Position numbers and translations under genes: made by a program. From Verrucomicrobiales bacterium (GTDB taxonomy: Bacteria; Verrucomicrobiota; Verrucomicrobiia; Limisphaerales; J093), in the NCBI GenBank assembly GCA_037439785.1, contig JBBIVJ010000025.1:5935-69934 (forward strand): DNA of 64,000 nt, given 5' to 3'. Shown here one piece after another: positions 29,152-42,937 of this stretch; the first letter of the stretch is position 1; the number at the start of each line of letters is the position of its first letter. The notes under the pieces were generated by a model that had not been told where the DNA came from, did no database searches, and was given only the letters and a program-made list of their open reading frames with translations.

Positions 29152-29766
29152 ATGAAACAGTTCAGGGGTATCTACTGGCCAGCAGGCATCGCCTTGCTGG
29201 GTTTTTTGTGTACAGCCGCCCATGCGATTCCCACCCCAGTGGGAGCCAACCGCGTGTTGGGCATCATTGAGCCGGGCACACCGGCCAACGAGGCCAACGA
29301 GCGCAACATGGTCAATGGGCTCTTGGACGGATGGGACAGCGTCTGGGGCTACAACGACGGTGCCGCTTCGGGAACGGTGTTGGGGGACAATCCAAACGAC
29401 CCGAACCCACCCGACAAACCTGAAAAGTACACCCTCAAATACACGGCCGACACCTTGATCCCCGCGGCTCCCGCTCCTTTGGTCAATGACAACGACTGGT
29501 ACAGGGTCAATTCCGCCAATACCGTCATTGACCTGGGCCACTTCAAGTACGACTGGGTCCTGGCCAAATGGGGCAAGAACGCCGAGGTGTACTACATCGG
29601 CGACCTTACCGGAGAAATCCAACTCCAGCGGATCAACTTCTCCAAAGGCGGGCTTTCACACTACACCCTGTTCAATCGGACGGCGGTGCCGGAGGCCGGT
29701 CAGACAGTGGCACTGCTGGGCCTGGGCTTGGTGGGTTTGGGATGGTACGCCCGGCGTCGGAACTGA
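29152..29766 (+). CDS. secreted protein with VPxxG-CTERM (PEP-CTERM-like) sorting tail
   Basis: Signal peptide 'GIALLGFLCTAAHA'. The C-terminus 'VPEAGQTVALLGLGLVGLGWYARRRN' has the motif, TM helix and Arg cluster. The gene is visibly lower in GC than its surroundings. Confidence 0.7.
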   Translation: MKQFRGIYWPAGIALLGFLCTAAHAIPTPVGANRVLGIIEPGTPANEANERNMVNGLLDGWDSVWGYNDGAASGTVLGDNPNDPNPPDKPEKYTLKYTADTLIPAAPAPLVNDNDWYRVNSANTVIDLGHFKYDWVLAKWGKNAEVYYIGDLTGEIQLQRINFSKGGLSHYTLFNRTAVPEAGQTVALLGLGLVGLGWYARRRN

Positions 29767-29827
29767 CACCACGCTCCTCCAGCCTCAACCCTTTTTCGCC
29801 CACTCCCCGCGACCCCCTCAGGGGAGG

Positions 29828-30661
29828 TCAGCGGGGATTGGCGCGTACTGCCCCTGATTGTGGCACGCGCGGTGAGAGGCGGCGCGATGTCACCGACGCC
29901 GGAGGCTGGCCGGCGGTGGGGATGGCGGCGGTCACCTGCGGACGCGGGACGGAAGGAGGCAGGTTGGGAATCCTTGGCAATCCGGCCTGAGGTGGCGGGC
30001 GCAAACCGCCGACCCAAAGACCCCGCCAGCCTGCGGGCCGGACCGCGGCCACGCTCCCCGAAGAGCGAGAGGGGGGCGGATTTGCGGCGGGACTCGGAGC
30101 AGGGGGGGGCGTCGCGAGCGGTAGTTGAACGGTCGGGCCATTGGTGGGTGCTTCCACCACACCCCCGGCCATCCACAGCCAGGGCCAGCCGGACATCCAC
30201 TGCATCCCACTGAAGGCCGCGCCGGCGGCCACCACGGGGGCGCGCGTCTCACCGGGACCGCCTGACGTCGGGCCCTCCAGGTACACGTGAGGCTCGGCCC
30301 CGCCCGTCGAGCCGCCGGCCAGGCGACCGGTTCCCACATAACGTCCCCCGGCAAAGACATGGACCTTCCCACCGACCACCGGGGCTGCGGAAGTCGCGGC
30401 CGCTTCATTCCGGGCCCGGGCCTGGGCGCGCCATTCCTCGAGCTGGCGCTGCACCTCCGCCAGCCGGGATTCGGTCTGGCTCAACTGCGCCGAGAGCCTG
30501 GCCTGCTCCGCCGCACGCTCGCGCTCGCCGGCGGCCGCCTCCGCCAGTTGGGTCCGCAACGCGAGATTTTCCCGCCCCAGCACCAGGGCCACCAGACCGG
30601 CCATCACGGCCAGCCCGCTTGCAAAGCCGGCCACTCCCCACACCACGCGCCACGTTTTCAT
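29828..30661 (-). CDS. hypothetical membrane-anchored coiled-coil protein
   Basis: Start 'MKTWRVVWGVAGFASGLAVMAGLVALVL' (TM helix), then a coiled-coil-like 'LRTQLAEAAAGERERAAEQARLSAQLSQTESRLAEVQRQLEEW'. The Pro-rich C-terminal half is unconvincing, so the true end is uncertain. Confidence 0.35.
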   Translation of the reverse strand: MKTWRVVWGVAGFASGLAVMAGLVALVLGRENLALRTQLAEAAAGERERAAEQARLSAQLSQTESRLAEVQRQLEEWRAQARARNEAAATSAAPVVGGKVHVFAGGRYVGTGRLAGGSTGGAEPHVYLEGPTSGGPGETRAPVVAAGAAFSGMQWMSGWPWLWMAGGVVEAPTNGPTVQLPLATPPPAPSPAANPPPSRSSGSVAAVRPAGWRGLWVGGLRPPPQAGLPRIPNLPPSVPRPQVTAAIPTAGQPPASVTSRRLSPRVPQSGAVRANPR

Positions 30662-30788
30662 GCTGGAAAACCTACGCACCCCCGCCGGGAGGTCAACTGG
30701 AGTAGCAAAGGGGAAATCCGAAATCCGAAGTGGGAAGTCAGTTCGGGCAGCGGCCGGCAAGGGTCGAAGCGGTGGCGGCCCCCGCCGC

Positions 30789-31544
30789 TCAATCCCCGCG
30801 CAGATAAAGGTCCAGGTGCGACTTAAGGATGGCCGCCCAGAGCCGGTAGCCGAGCGCGTTGAGGTGCAGCCGGTCTTTCTGGAACAGGTCCGCGGCGGGC
30901 TGGCCCGCGGCGTCCAGGTAGGCGTGGGCGGTGGGAATGAAGTGCACGCGCGGCCAGTGGGCGCACGCCCGGGCCAAGGCGCGGTTGACGGCCCGGATTT
31001 GCGGCCAGGCGGCCCAGCGGGCAGGGGTGGGGGTGATTTCCACACAAAAAATCTCCGCCGCCGGCTGGGCGGCCCGCGCGACCTGGATGATGTAGCCGAA
31101 CCAGCCGGCCACCTGTTCGGGGCTGGCATCGTCCGGGCCGCCGGTGACGTCATTGGCCACAAACAGGATCAGGGCCCGGAAGCGGTGGGGGGCCATCAGG
31201 CGCGGCGCGAACACGGCCACGTCCGAGAACCGCGCCCCGCCGAAGCCGCGCGGGATGGGATGGTAGGGGGCCAGGTCGCGGGAAACGGTGTCCCAGAGCC
31301 GGAGGGACGAACTGCCCACCAGCAGCACGCTGTCCGGGGGATGGGATTCGCTGCGGTCGCGGGCCTCGAGGGCGGCGATGTCCGCGCCCCAGCGGCGGAG
31401 GGCGTCGGCCGTCTGCTCGGGTGTGGGCGGGGTGGCCGGAGTTTCTTGAGCGAGCGCGGCGCCCCCGAACAGGCCCAGGAGGCCCCAAGCCATTCCGATC
31501 AAGAGTCGGTTCCTTGCGGCCGCGAAGTTACTGGTCCAGGGCAT
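30789..31544 (-). CDS. SGNH/GDSL-family hydrolase, secreted
   Basis: Block I 'VLLVGSSSLRLW', block III 'LILFVANDV' and block V-like 'DRLHLNALGY', with a signal peptide. An alternative start is at 31493. Confidence 0.7.
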   Translation of the reverse strand: MPWTSNFAAARNRLLIGMAWGLLGLFGGAALAQETPATPPTPEQTADALRRWGADIAALEARDRSESHPPDSVLLVGSSSLRLWDTVSRDLAPYHPIPRGFGGARFSDVAVFAPRLMAPHRFRALILFVANDVTGGPDDASPEQVAGWFGYIIQVARAAQPAAEIFCVEITPTPARWAAWPQIRAVNRALARACAHWPRVHFIPTAHAYLDAAGQPAADLFQKDRLHLNALGYRLWAAILKSHLDLYLRGD

Positions 31545-34500
31545 CGCGCACGATCTCGAGCAGTTGCGGGGCGGTGAAGGGTTTGCCCAGGAATCGCTCC
31601 CCGGCCTGCAGACCCGGATGGCGGCCGGCGATCTGGGCGCTGTAGCCGCTGAGATAGACGACCTTGAGTTGGGGCCGTTCCTCGCGCAACCGGCGGGCCA
31701 GTTGCTGACCGGTCATGCCCCCGGGCATGACCAGGTCGGTGAGCAGCAGCTTCACCTCGGCCTTGTGGGCCTGCCAGTATTCCAGGGCTTCGGGGCCGTT
31801 GGCGGCCTCCAGGACGGTGTAGCCCTGGCGTTCGAGCAGCGTGCGGATGAGCGCGCGCACGCCGGCCTCATCTTCCGCCAGCAAGACTGTCTCCGTGCCT
31901 CCTCGCGTCCGGCCGGGCGGGGCGGGTGCCGGGGCCTTGGCGGGGGCCGCTTCTGAGGTCAGGGGGAGGTACACGCGGAAGGTCGTGCCTTCGCCGGCGG
32001 CGCTTTGCACCTCGACCCAGCCGCGGTGTTGCTGGACGATGCCGAAGACGGTGGCCAGGCCGAGGCCGGTGCCCTTGCCGGTTTCCTTGGTGGTGAAAAA
32101 CGGCTCGAAGATGTGCGGCAGCACCTCGGCCGCGATGCCGCCGCCCGAGTCGGTCACGGTCAGGCAGGCGAAGCGGCCGGGGCGGGCTTCGGGGTGGTCG
32201 GCCCGGTAGGTTTCGTCCACGGTGACCTCGGCGGTTTGAATCAGGAGGCGACCGCCACCGGGCATGGCATCGCGGGCATTGACGGCGAGGTTCATCAACA
32301 CCTGCTCGATCATGCCCGGATCGGCGTGAATCCGGAGCGGCTGGGGATGGGGTTGCACCTCCACCTTGATGTCCTCGCCGATGAGCCGGTGCATCATCTT
32401 CACCAGGTTGGCGATGATGTCATTGAGGTCCACCAGACGGGGTTGAAGGACCTGGCGGCGGCTGAACACCAGCAACTGGCGGGCGAGATTGGCCGCCCGT
32501 TCGGCGGCGGCGCTGATCTGGCGCAGGCCTTCGCGCACGCGCTCGGGCAGGCCGCTGATCTGGCCGGTCACCTCCGCCTGCATCATGATGACGGCCAGGA
32601 TGTTGTTGAAGTCATGGGCCACCCCGCCGGCCAGCCGGCCGATGGCCTCCATCTTTTGCATCTGGCGGAACTGCTCTTCCAGGCGACGTTCCTGGGTGAT
32701 GTCGCGGGCATTGACCACCACGCGGGGAGGACCGCCCTCGGCCGGCAGCAGGCGGCCGAGCGCCTTGAGCGTGCGCCATTCCCCGCCCTGGCTGCGGACG
32801 CGGCATTCCACTTGCGTGGGCGTGGGGTTGCCCGCCAGCGCCCGCTGCAAGCCCTCGCGCACCAGAAAGGCGTCCTCCGGGTGGACGAACTCGAACAGGT
32901 TCCGGCCCAGGAGCTGATCCGGCGGGTAACCCAACACCCGCTCGCTGGAGGGGCTCTGGTAGCAAACGGTCCCGTCCTGGCTGAGCACGGTGATCAGGTC
33001 CGAGGTGTTTTCAATCAGTGACCGGTAATGCGCCTCGCGCCGTTCGAGCTCGGCCGCGGCGGCGTGCCGGACGGTGTCGTCCAGGATCAGCCCCTCGACG
33101 GCCACCAGCCGTCCGGCCTCGTCATAGACGCCGCCGCCCTGCTCCCACACCCAGCACACGTCGCCGCTGGCCCGGAGCAGACGGTAATTGAGGATGAAGG
33201 GGAGATGCTGTTCGAGGGCAGGCGCGATCTCCGCCGACACCCGTACGCGGTCCTCGGGATGAATCAGGTCCGCCAGCGCCCGCCGGTGGTTGTTCAGCAA
33301 CTCCTCCGGCGGATAGCCGGTCAGCCCGAAGGCGCCGGGGCTGACGAACTCGAGCGTCCACCGGTCATCCGGGCGGCGCCGGTAGGCCATGCCCGGCAGG
33401 TTGCTGAGCAAGGTGCTCAACTGCCGCTCGCCCTCGCGCAGCGCCGCCTCCGACCGCTGGCGCTCGGTGATGTCGCGCAGCACCGCCAGCACCCGGCCGG
33501 TGCCGCCGATGGACGTGCTGCGAAGGGCGGCCTCCACCCAGACCCGCTCGCCGTTCTTGCGCCGCGCCGGCCACTCGAAAAGCTGCGGCCCCTCGCTGCG
33601 GGCGCGGTGCAGGCGCGCCAGAAATTCCGCCTCGGTGTGGGGCGGTTCCCCCGCCCACAGGTCCGCCGGGCCGGCGGCCAGCGCCTCCTCCTTGGTGGTG
33701 TAGCCAAAGAGCCGGAGCATGGCCGCGTTGACATCCAGCAGACGCCCGCTCTCGGCGTCATGGAGCAGGATGGCGTCGTGGGCGGCGTTGTAGATTTCGC
33801 GGTAGTTCTCCTCGCTGCGGCGGAGGGCCTCCTCGGCCTGCTGGCGCTCGGAGATGTCGTGCACGGCCGCGAGCGCCACCCGGCCGGCGGCATCGTGGAG
33901 CAGGACGGTGGACAGTTCGGCCCAGAACGGCTGGCCGTCGGCCCGTTGGAAGCGGATGACCGGCCGGTGGGCGCGGCCGTGGCGTTCCAGCTCGACCCGG
34001 ATGCTGCGGGCGTCGGGCTTGTGCACGTAAAAATCCAGCGTGGGCCGCCCGACGGCCTGCTCGGGCGCCAGGCGGAACAGCTCCGCCGCGCGGGGGTTGA
34101 GGAACTCGATGCGGTACTCGGGCACCCGCGTCACCACCATGGCCACGGGCAGGCTGTTGACGAGCTGACGCAGACGGGCCTCGCTTTCCTCGAGCGACCG
34201 GGCGGTCTGTTGCCGGCGCAGCCGTTCGACCATCAGCCGGCCCAGGGCCGCCGTGGCCAGCGGGTAGATCAACATCACCGGCCAGGCGATTTGTTGCAGC
34301 ACGCGCTCGGCCTGGGGCCGGGGGAGGGTCAGCCCCAGCAGCGCCAGCATCACCACGTGCACCCCCAGGCCGAAGCCGTACAATTCGCCCCACTTCAGGC
34401 TGGACAAGGGCCGGCGGCGGTACCGTCGCCAGAGCAATCCCAGCCCGGCCGTGGCCAGGATGACCAGAATCCCCGGCCCCGTCGCCACGCCCCCGAGGAC

Positions 34501-34785
34501 CAGCCGATAGAGCGCAATGCAGCCGGCCGCGATGGCCGTGGGCACCAGCCCCAGGAACAGCCCGGAAATGCTCAGCAGCACCGAGCGGGTGTCGAAGATG
34601 ATCCCCGGCTCCACGACGTAGGCCGTGGCCACCACCCCCACGCCCAGCGCCCCCACCATCAGACCGGCCATCACCTGGGTTTTCCAACGCCCTTCCTGGC
34701 GCTGGCGACTGGTGACCAGGTCAAAGAACCAGACCAGGGCCAGCAACAGCGCGGCATTGTAGAGGAGGGCGGACAGCGGTGTCAT
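31528..34785 (-). CDS. hybrid sensor histidine kinase (5TM LytS-type sensor, multiple PAS, HisKA, HATPase, receiver)
   Basis: Start at 'MTPLSALLYNAALLLALVWFF'. It has at least four PAS-like repeats, H-box 'GGVAHDFNNIL', N/G boxes 'NLAVNARDAM...GTGLGL', and a receiver domain 'VLLAEDE...LLLTDLVMPG'. Confidence 0.9.
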   Translation of the reverse strand: MTPLSALLYNAALLLALVWFFDLVTSRQRQEGRWKTQVMAGLMVGALGVGVVATAYVVEPGIIFDTRSVLLSISGLFLGLVPTAIAAGCIALYRLVLGGVATGPGILVILATAGLGLLWRRYRRRPLSSLKWGELYGFGLGVHVVMLALLGLTLPRPQAERVLQQIAWPVMLIYPLATAALGRLMVERLRRQQTARSLEESEARLRQLVNSLPVAMVVTRVPEYRIEFLNPRAAELFRLAPEQAVGRPTLDFYVHKPDARSIRVELERHGRAHRPVIRFQRADGQPFWAELSTVLLHDAAGRVALAAVHDISERQQAEEALRRSEENYREIYNAAHDAILLHDAESGRLLDVNAAMLRLFGYTTKEEALAAGPADLWAGEPPHTEAEFLARLHRARSEGPQLFEWPARRKNGERVWVEAALRSTSIGGTGRVLAVLRDITERQRSEAALREGERQLSTLLSNLPGMAYRRRPDDRWTLEFVSPGAFGLTGYPPEELLNNHRRALADLIHPEDRVRVSAEIAPALEQHLPFILNYRLLRASGDVCWVWEQGGGVYDEAGRLVAVEGLILDDTVRHAAAAELERREAHYRSLIENTSDLITVLSQDGTVCYQSPSSERVLGYPPDQLLGRNLFEFVHPEDAFLVREGLQRALAGNPTPTQVECRVRSQGGEWRTLKALGRLLPAEGGPPRVVVNARDITQERRLEEQFRQMQKMEAIGRLAGGVAHDFNNILAVIMMQAEVTGQISGLPERVREGLRQISAAAERAANLARQLLVFSRRQVLQPRLVDLNDIIANLVKMMHRLIGEDIKVEVQPHPQPLRIHADPGMIEQVLMNLAVNARDAMPGGGRLLIQTAEVTVDETYRADHPEARPGRFACLTVTDSGGGIAAEVLPHIFEPFFTTKETGKGTGLGLATVFGIVQQHRGWVEVQSAAGEGTTFRVYLPLTSEAAPAKAPAPAPPGRTRGGTETVLLAEDEAGVRALIRTLLERQGYTVLEAANGPEALEYWQAHKAEVKLLLTDLVMPGGMTGQQLARRLREERPQLKVVYLSGYSAQIAGRHPGLQAGERFLGKPFTAPQLLEIVRDALDQ

Positions 34786-35086
34786 GCGACCGGGAACCGA
34801 TGCGCGGCCGGCATCCGCCACCGGAGGGCTCCCGGCCCGCGCCGCTCCCCTCCGTCTCTGGCAGACCGCATCATCATGGGAGGTTGGGGGGCTTATCTGG
34901 CAGAGCGCGCGCCGCGTCAAGCCCCAAGACCCGCCCGGCCGCGCGGCCTTTCTCCACGGGGTGGCGGTGACGCGCGGCCGCACTTCGCCTGGGAACCGCG
35001 CGGCCCGGAAAGCGCCGGCGGCCGGGGTGACCGGCGCCCCGCCGCCCGGGCGGGGCGGGCGCGGGCCCAGCCGGCGGATCCCCGCC

Positions 35087-38179
<3,093 letters not shown>

Positions 38180-38348
38180 TCGATAGAAAAAGCTATCCAA
38201 GCCTACGGGAGCGCGACAGGGGCGTCAAAGCAATTGCCGTCCGCCAAGGGCCGCGTGGGTGTTATCCTTCTTCGCTTTCGGGCGCGCCGGCACCGCCGCC
38301 ACCTCCACCCCGGCCGGAACCCCAGCCCCGTCGCGGTTCCTGCTCTTG

Positions 38349-39587
38349 TCACCCGGCCCGCGCGGTGTCCGCCGGTTGGACCGCACACCGCCGCAACGTC
38401 AGCCCGGCCCTACCCAGCGCCAGCGCCATCAACGATGCCGCCAGAAAAAACGCCGCCCCCGGCACGTGCACCGGGGCAGGGGGACCGATGAAATACCCGA
38501 ACACCCCCGCCCCGAGCGGTGGTCCCACGATCCCCGCCACGCTTGCCAGGCTGGACAACGCCCCCTGCACCGCGCCCTGTTCGTTCGCCCCCACCGCGCG
38601 CGAGACCAGCCCCTGCGCCGCCGGCCCCGCCAGCCCGCCGAACGCCCCGAACACCAAGATCGCGTACACCACCGTCCCGTTGGGGGCGAGGCCGTAGCCG
38701 GTCATGGCCAGCACACTGATGCCCAGCCCCACCAGCAACGCCCGCCGCTCGCCCAGGGCCGGAATCAGCCGCCGCGCCAGCCCGCCCTGCACCACCACCG
38801 CCATCACCCCCACCACCGCCAGCGAGATGCCCACCTCCCGCGGCGTCCACCCGTAGCGGTAACCGGTGTACAGGACCCAGGTGGTGTGGAGCATCTGGTG
38901 CGCGGTGTGGAGGAGGAAAAACGTCCCCGCCAACCCCACCACCAGCGGGTAGGCCCGCAGCGCCAGGAAGGACCCCAGCGGATGGGCGCGCGACCAGACG
39001 AAGCGCCGCCGCCGCTCCGGCTTCAACGACTCGGGCAGGATCAACAGTCCGTAAAGCCAGTTCAGCAGGGTCAGCCCCGCCGCCACCAGGAACGGCAGCC
39101 GCAGGTTCGCCTGCCCCAGCATCCCGCCCAGCGCCGGTCCGGCGATGAACCCCAGACCGAACGCCGCGCCGATGAGGCCAAAATTCGCGCCGCGTTTCTC
39201 CGGCGGCGAGATGTCCGCGATGTACGCGCTGGCGGCGGTGAAGTTCGCCCCCGTGATCCCCGCAATGATCCGGCCCAGGTACAGCCAGCCGAGCGTCGGC
39301 GCCCACGCCAGCAGCAGGTAATCCAGACCCGCCCCGAACAACGAGCCCAGAATGACCGGCCGCCGCCCGAAGCGGTCCGAGAGATTGCCCAGCACCGGCG
39401 CGAAGACGAACTGCATGAGCGAATACAACGCCGCCAGCACCCCGACCGTGTGCGAGGCGGCCGACACGTCACCGGCCTGGAAACTTTCCACCAGCTTGGG
39501 CAACACCGGGATGATCAGCCCGATGCCCAGCACATCCAGGAAGACCGTGACGAAGATGAAGCCCAGGGCGGGGACGCGGGCGCTCAT
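38349..39587 (-). CDS. MFS transporter (TCR/Tet-like, 12-TM drug:H+ antiporter family)
   Basis: '[19 protein letters not shown]' and MFS motif A '[14 protein letters not shown]'. The start ATG overlaps the upstream gene's stop as ATGA. Confidence 0.85.
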   Translation of the reverse strand: MSARVPALGFIFVTVFLDVLGIGLIIPVLPKLVESFQAGDVSAASHTVGVLAALYSLMQFVFAPVLGNLSDRFGRRPVILGSLFGAGLDYLLLAWAPTLGWLYLGRIIAGITGANFTAASAYIADISPPEKRGANFGLIGAAFGLGFIAGPALGGMLGQANLRLPFLVAAGLTLLNWLYGLLILPESLKPERRRRFVWSRAHPLGSFLALRAYPLVVGLAGTFFLLHTAHQMLHTTWVLYTGYRYGWTPREVGISLAVVGVMAVVVQGGLARRLIPALGERRALLVGLGISVLAMTGYGLAPNGTVVYAILVFGAFGGLAGPAAQGLVSRAVGANEQGAVQGALSSLASVAGIVGPPLGAGVFGYFIGPPAPVHVPGAAFFLAASLMALALGRAGLTLRRCAVQPADTARAG

Positions 39588-42500
39588 GCGGCAGCCGCCT
39601 CGCTCCAGTCTCCCAACTGCTCGACGTACGCCGCCGAGCCGTCGCGCAGCCAGCCGTCCAACTGGGCCGGGTCCTTGAGCTGCTGGCCCCGGAGCCGCGG
39701 CACCACCACAAACTGCGTCTCCACCTCCGGCAGGGTGGTCATGTCCACCCACAGTTTTTCAAACTGCGTGACCGGGAAGACGTCCTCCTGCCCGTGCCCC
39801 CAGCGTTTCTTGACCTCCTTGAGCGTGACGTAGGTGGGCATCTTCGCCGCCAGCGCGCGGATGCCGGCCAGGACGTTGGCCTTGTCCGCCAGATCGGCCC
39901 GGGTGAGCCCGAAGGCGGCCAGCAGCGGGTCCAGGCTGATCCAGCAGGTGTTCGTGTTGTAGTAGGTGAGGCGGAACTCGTCCGCCTCCCGCGGCAGGGC
40001 CAGCCCTTCGACCAGCCGCAGCCGGCCGTTGACGCGGGCCAGCCCGCCGCCGCGGTCCTCCAGCCGGCGGGGGATCACCTCGAAGCTCAGCGTCGCCCCG
40101 CGGCGCAGGTGCAGACCCAGCAGGGCCGGGTCGGCATCGGCGCCCACCGTGTCAATGTTGTGCAGCATCAGGTAGCGGACCTGCGGCCGCTCGGCCAGCA
40201 GGCGGGCGAGCACGCCGTTGCGCAACAGGTTCGGCACCTCGTACCAGTGGCCGACCGGATGCAGGCACTGGAGCGGCACGTTGTCGGTGTAATCGCTGGC
40301 CTCCCCCAGACTGCGCGCCCAGCCGATCAGGGCGTGGCGCAGGCTGTCCCGCACCTTCTGCTGCTGTTCGTCCAGCACCTGCTGGGGCATCTCCTCCCAC
40401 AAAAACCGCAGGTCGCGCTCCGTCGGCACCAGCCGCAGGCCGATGGACCGGCCCGGCGACAACCACACCGGCCCTGCGTAGCCGTAATTCCCGTGCCGCG
40501 CCAGCCACTCGGCGATCGGCTCGTGGGTGAGGTAGCTGGTGGAAATCAGGTGCGGCAACCACGTGCCCGCCAGACGGGACACCCGCCGGCTCTTGGCCAG
40601 GTGGGTCTCCAGGAAGGTGCGGTGGCGCCCGGCCAGTCGGCAGAACGGATGCAGGGCCTTGACCACCCCCGCCCCCTGCGTCCAGCGCGAGCCCGCCCCC
40701 GCCGCCAGCGTGAGCACCGCCACCTCCCCGCGCCGCAACGCCTCCAGCCCCCGCGCCCGGTCCGCCGGTCCCGCCACCCCGGCCCAGATCACGTCTTCCG
40801 GCCGGACGTCCTCGATAACCGCGCTGGGGGGCAGGCGGTTTTGCGCCAGACCAATGCGGCCCTCGCGCAGGTCGCTGCGGATTTGTTCGTGCTGGGCCCG
40901 GTCAAAGCCCAGTTCGGTCAGCAACCGCGCCAGCGACGTCCCCTCCGCCGCCTCGCTCCGGCCCCGCGGCAGCATGGCGTCGAAGAGCGTGGACACCAGG
41001 CCGTGCCATTCGGGGTGGCGACGGCAGACCGCCCCCACCTTGTCCAGTTCGGCCCGCCGGGCGGGGGAGAGGCTCAGGCGGTCCTGGCGCAGGAGCGCCG
41101 GCAGGGTCAGCGCGTAATAGCCGGGGGGCATCAGCGCCTCGGGGCCGGTGCGCAGCTCGGCCCAGGTGCCGCGCTCGTTGATGGCGAAGTCGTACACCAC
41201 CGGCTCCATGGCGAAGGGCAGGGCGTGCTGCAGCTCGCGCTTGGTCGTGCGCATCAGCTCCAGCAGCCGCGCCTGCGCCTCGGCCTTGCGCTGCGGGGCC
41301 ACGATGAAGCCCATGCCCCCGCCGCTCATGCCGCCCAGCATCCAGAACCCCCAGAAGTCCGGCCCGAAGGCCGCCCGCGCCCGCGCGATGAGCGTCTCGG
41401 TGAAATGGTTGGTCGCCCAGGGGATGATGGTCTGGATCGGCCCGAAAAAGTTGCGGGTGGTCGCCGCCCCGATGGCCGGGATGTCCCCCCGTCGCAACGC
41501 CGCCAGGATGTCCTCCCAAATGCCCAGCATGCTCAGGCGCGCCTGCCATTCGGCCGCGCAGCGCAGCAGGTACTTCTCAGTGACCATCTCCAGGATGGGC
41601 CCCACGTTCTGCGCCATGCCGCCGTGCACCAGCACCAGGCTGTCCTGCAACTGGCGGCGCGTCTCCGCCGGGGCATCCGCCTCGCTCAGCAGGCGGTGAT
41701 TGGGCAGGAGCCGGCCGCGGCTGATGCCGTACTCGGGGTCGCCCTCGGTGGCCAGCGCCCCTTCAATCAACTTCATCCCCGGCCACACCCCGCCGGAATC
41801 CTGCCAGCCGCCGCCGCTGCCCCCCAACCACTCCCCCAGCAGCGCCCGCGCCAGCACCAGCCGGCGCTCGGACTCCCGCAACGGCCCGGTCAGCGACGCC
41901 GCCTGCCCCGTGGCCCGCATGCAGACCGACACCAGCGAGGCCAGCAGGCTGGTGGAGACCGCCAGGCGGGAGCCCTTGGGGATGTCGTTGACGCGGCTGA
42001 CCAGCTCCAGCCCGCAGCCGGGGCCGGTGAGCCGGGCCAGCAATGCACCCAGATCATGCCCGCTGCCCTCCAGACCCGGCGGCACCAGCCCGCTGGCAAT
42101 GACCGCCGCCTTGAGCAGCCCCAGGTAGTCCCGCGCAAAGTCAAACACCTCCGCCAGCGAGGTCAGGTCGGCCGTGCACCCCAGGTCCACGCTGGTCAGC
42201 CGCAGCAACGGCTCGGGAATCATCCGCAGGTACACCTCCACCGGCGGCCGCGGCGCCGCATCCCGCCCGTGCACCCCCAGGTCAATCGAGACGTTCAGCA
42301 CCTTCGCCCCCTCCGGGTAGTCCATGCCCAGGAAGAAAATGTCGCTCCACCCGCAGTGGGACAGGTCCATCCGCACCGGTGTGCTTTCGCACAACACCGG
42401 ATAGGTGCCGTCGGCGGCCGGCTGCCGCAGCTCCGGCCGCACCCGCAACGGCTGGTCCAGCGGATGGCCCATCCGGAACATCCACTGGTTGCCCCGCACC

Positions 42501-42922
42501 GAGCGCACGCTGCGCCGGACCTGGTCGGCCAGGGTCTGGAACCCCAGCCGGTAATAGGCCGCCGCCAGCGCGCTGCACTGGCCGTCACTGGGCCCTTCAG
42601 CCGCCTGCCGCGCGAGGAACTGGTCAATCGCCTCCTCGAACCGCCGGTTCAACAGGTGTTCGTAGCCGGCAAACGGCACCAGCCCCTGGCCGGGGCGGAC
42701 CGCCGGCGGCAACCGGTCCGGCAGGTGGAACCGGTGGATGGCGTACAGGAAAAACAACGCCCGCACCCGCTCGTACAGGTTCTCATGCCGGCGCCGGAAC
42801 GCGTCCAGCGCGGCGCACTCGGCCAGCAGGTCGGGGGCGGACAGGCCGGCGCACGCGGCGTCCAGCGCCTGGTGGCGCACCGCCGGGTCGGGGGCGGTGA
42901 TCAGCGGCAGCAGACGGCTCAT
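39584..42922 (-). CDS. fusion protein: N-terminal helical region, GHMP-family (fucokinase-like) sugar kinase domain, and C-terminal UDPGP-family sugar-1-phosphate nucleotidyltransferase domain
   Basis: GHMP motifs: '[20 protein letters not shown]', 'GGGWQDSGG' and '[15 protein letters not shown]'. UDPGP-like motifs: '[14 protein letters not shown]' and '[15 protein letters not shown]'. Confidence 0.7.
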   Translation of the reverse strand: MSRLLPLITAPDPAVRHQALDAACAGLSAPDLLAECAALDAFRRRHENLYERVRALFFLYAIHRFHLPDRLPPAVRPGQGLVPFAGYEHLLNRRFEEAIDQFLARQAAEGPSDGQCSALAAAYYRLGFQTLADQVRRSVRSVRGNQWMFRMGHPLDQPLRVRPELRQPAADGTYPVLCESTPVRMDLSHCGWSDIFFLGMDYPEGAKVLNVSIDLGVHGRDAAPRPPVEVYLRMIPEPLLRLTSVDLGCTADLTSLAEVFDFARDYLGLLKAAVIASGLVPPGLEGSGHDLGALLARLTGPGCGLELVSRVNDIPKGSRLAVSTSLLASLVSVCMRATGQAASLTGPLRESERRLVLARALLGEWLGGSGGGWQDSGGVWPGMKLIEGALATEGDPEYGISRGRLLPNHRLLSEADAPAETRRQLQDSLVLVHGGMAQNVGPILEMVTEKYLLRCAAEWQARLSMLGIWEDILAALRRGDIPAIGAATTRNFFGPIQTIIPWATNHFTETLIARARAAFGPDFWGFWMLGGMSGGGMGFIVAPQRKAEAQARLLELMRTTKRELQHALPFAMEPVVYDFAINERGTWAELRTGPEALMPPGYYALTLPALLRQDRLSLSPARRAELDKVGAVCRRHPEWHGLVSTLFDAMLPRGRSEAAEGTSLARLLTELGFDRAQHEQIRSDLREGRIGLAQNRLPPSAVIEDVRPEDVIWAGVAGPADRARGLEALRRGEVAVLTLAAGAGSRWTQGAGVVKALHPFCRLAGRHRTFLETHLAKSRRVSRLAGTWLPHLISTSYLTHEPIAEWLARHGNYGYAGPVWLSPGRSIGLRLVPTERDLRFLWEEMPQQVLDEQQQKVRDSLRHALIGWARSLGEASDYTDNVPLQCLHPVGHWYEVPNLLRNGVLARLLAERPQVRYLMLHNIDTVGADADPALLGLHLRRGATLSFEVIPRRLEDRGGGLARVNGRLRLVEGLALPREADEFRLTYYNTNTCWISLDPLLAAFGLTRADLADKANVLAGIRALAAKMPTYVTLKEVKKRWGHGQEDVFPVTQFEKLWVDMTTLPEVETQFVVVPRLRGQQLKDPAQLDGWLRDGSAAYVEQLGDWSEAAAA

Positions 42923-42937
42923 GGGCGGGGGCGGGAT

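Noticed and set aside
29828-31162. Full 444-aa minus-strand ORF in the ORF track
   Set aside because: Its 5' 167 codons overlap the SGNH hydrolase gene in another frame and are Pro/Arg-rich. Only the portion from MKTWRV (30661) was retained, and even that at low confidence.
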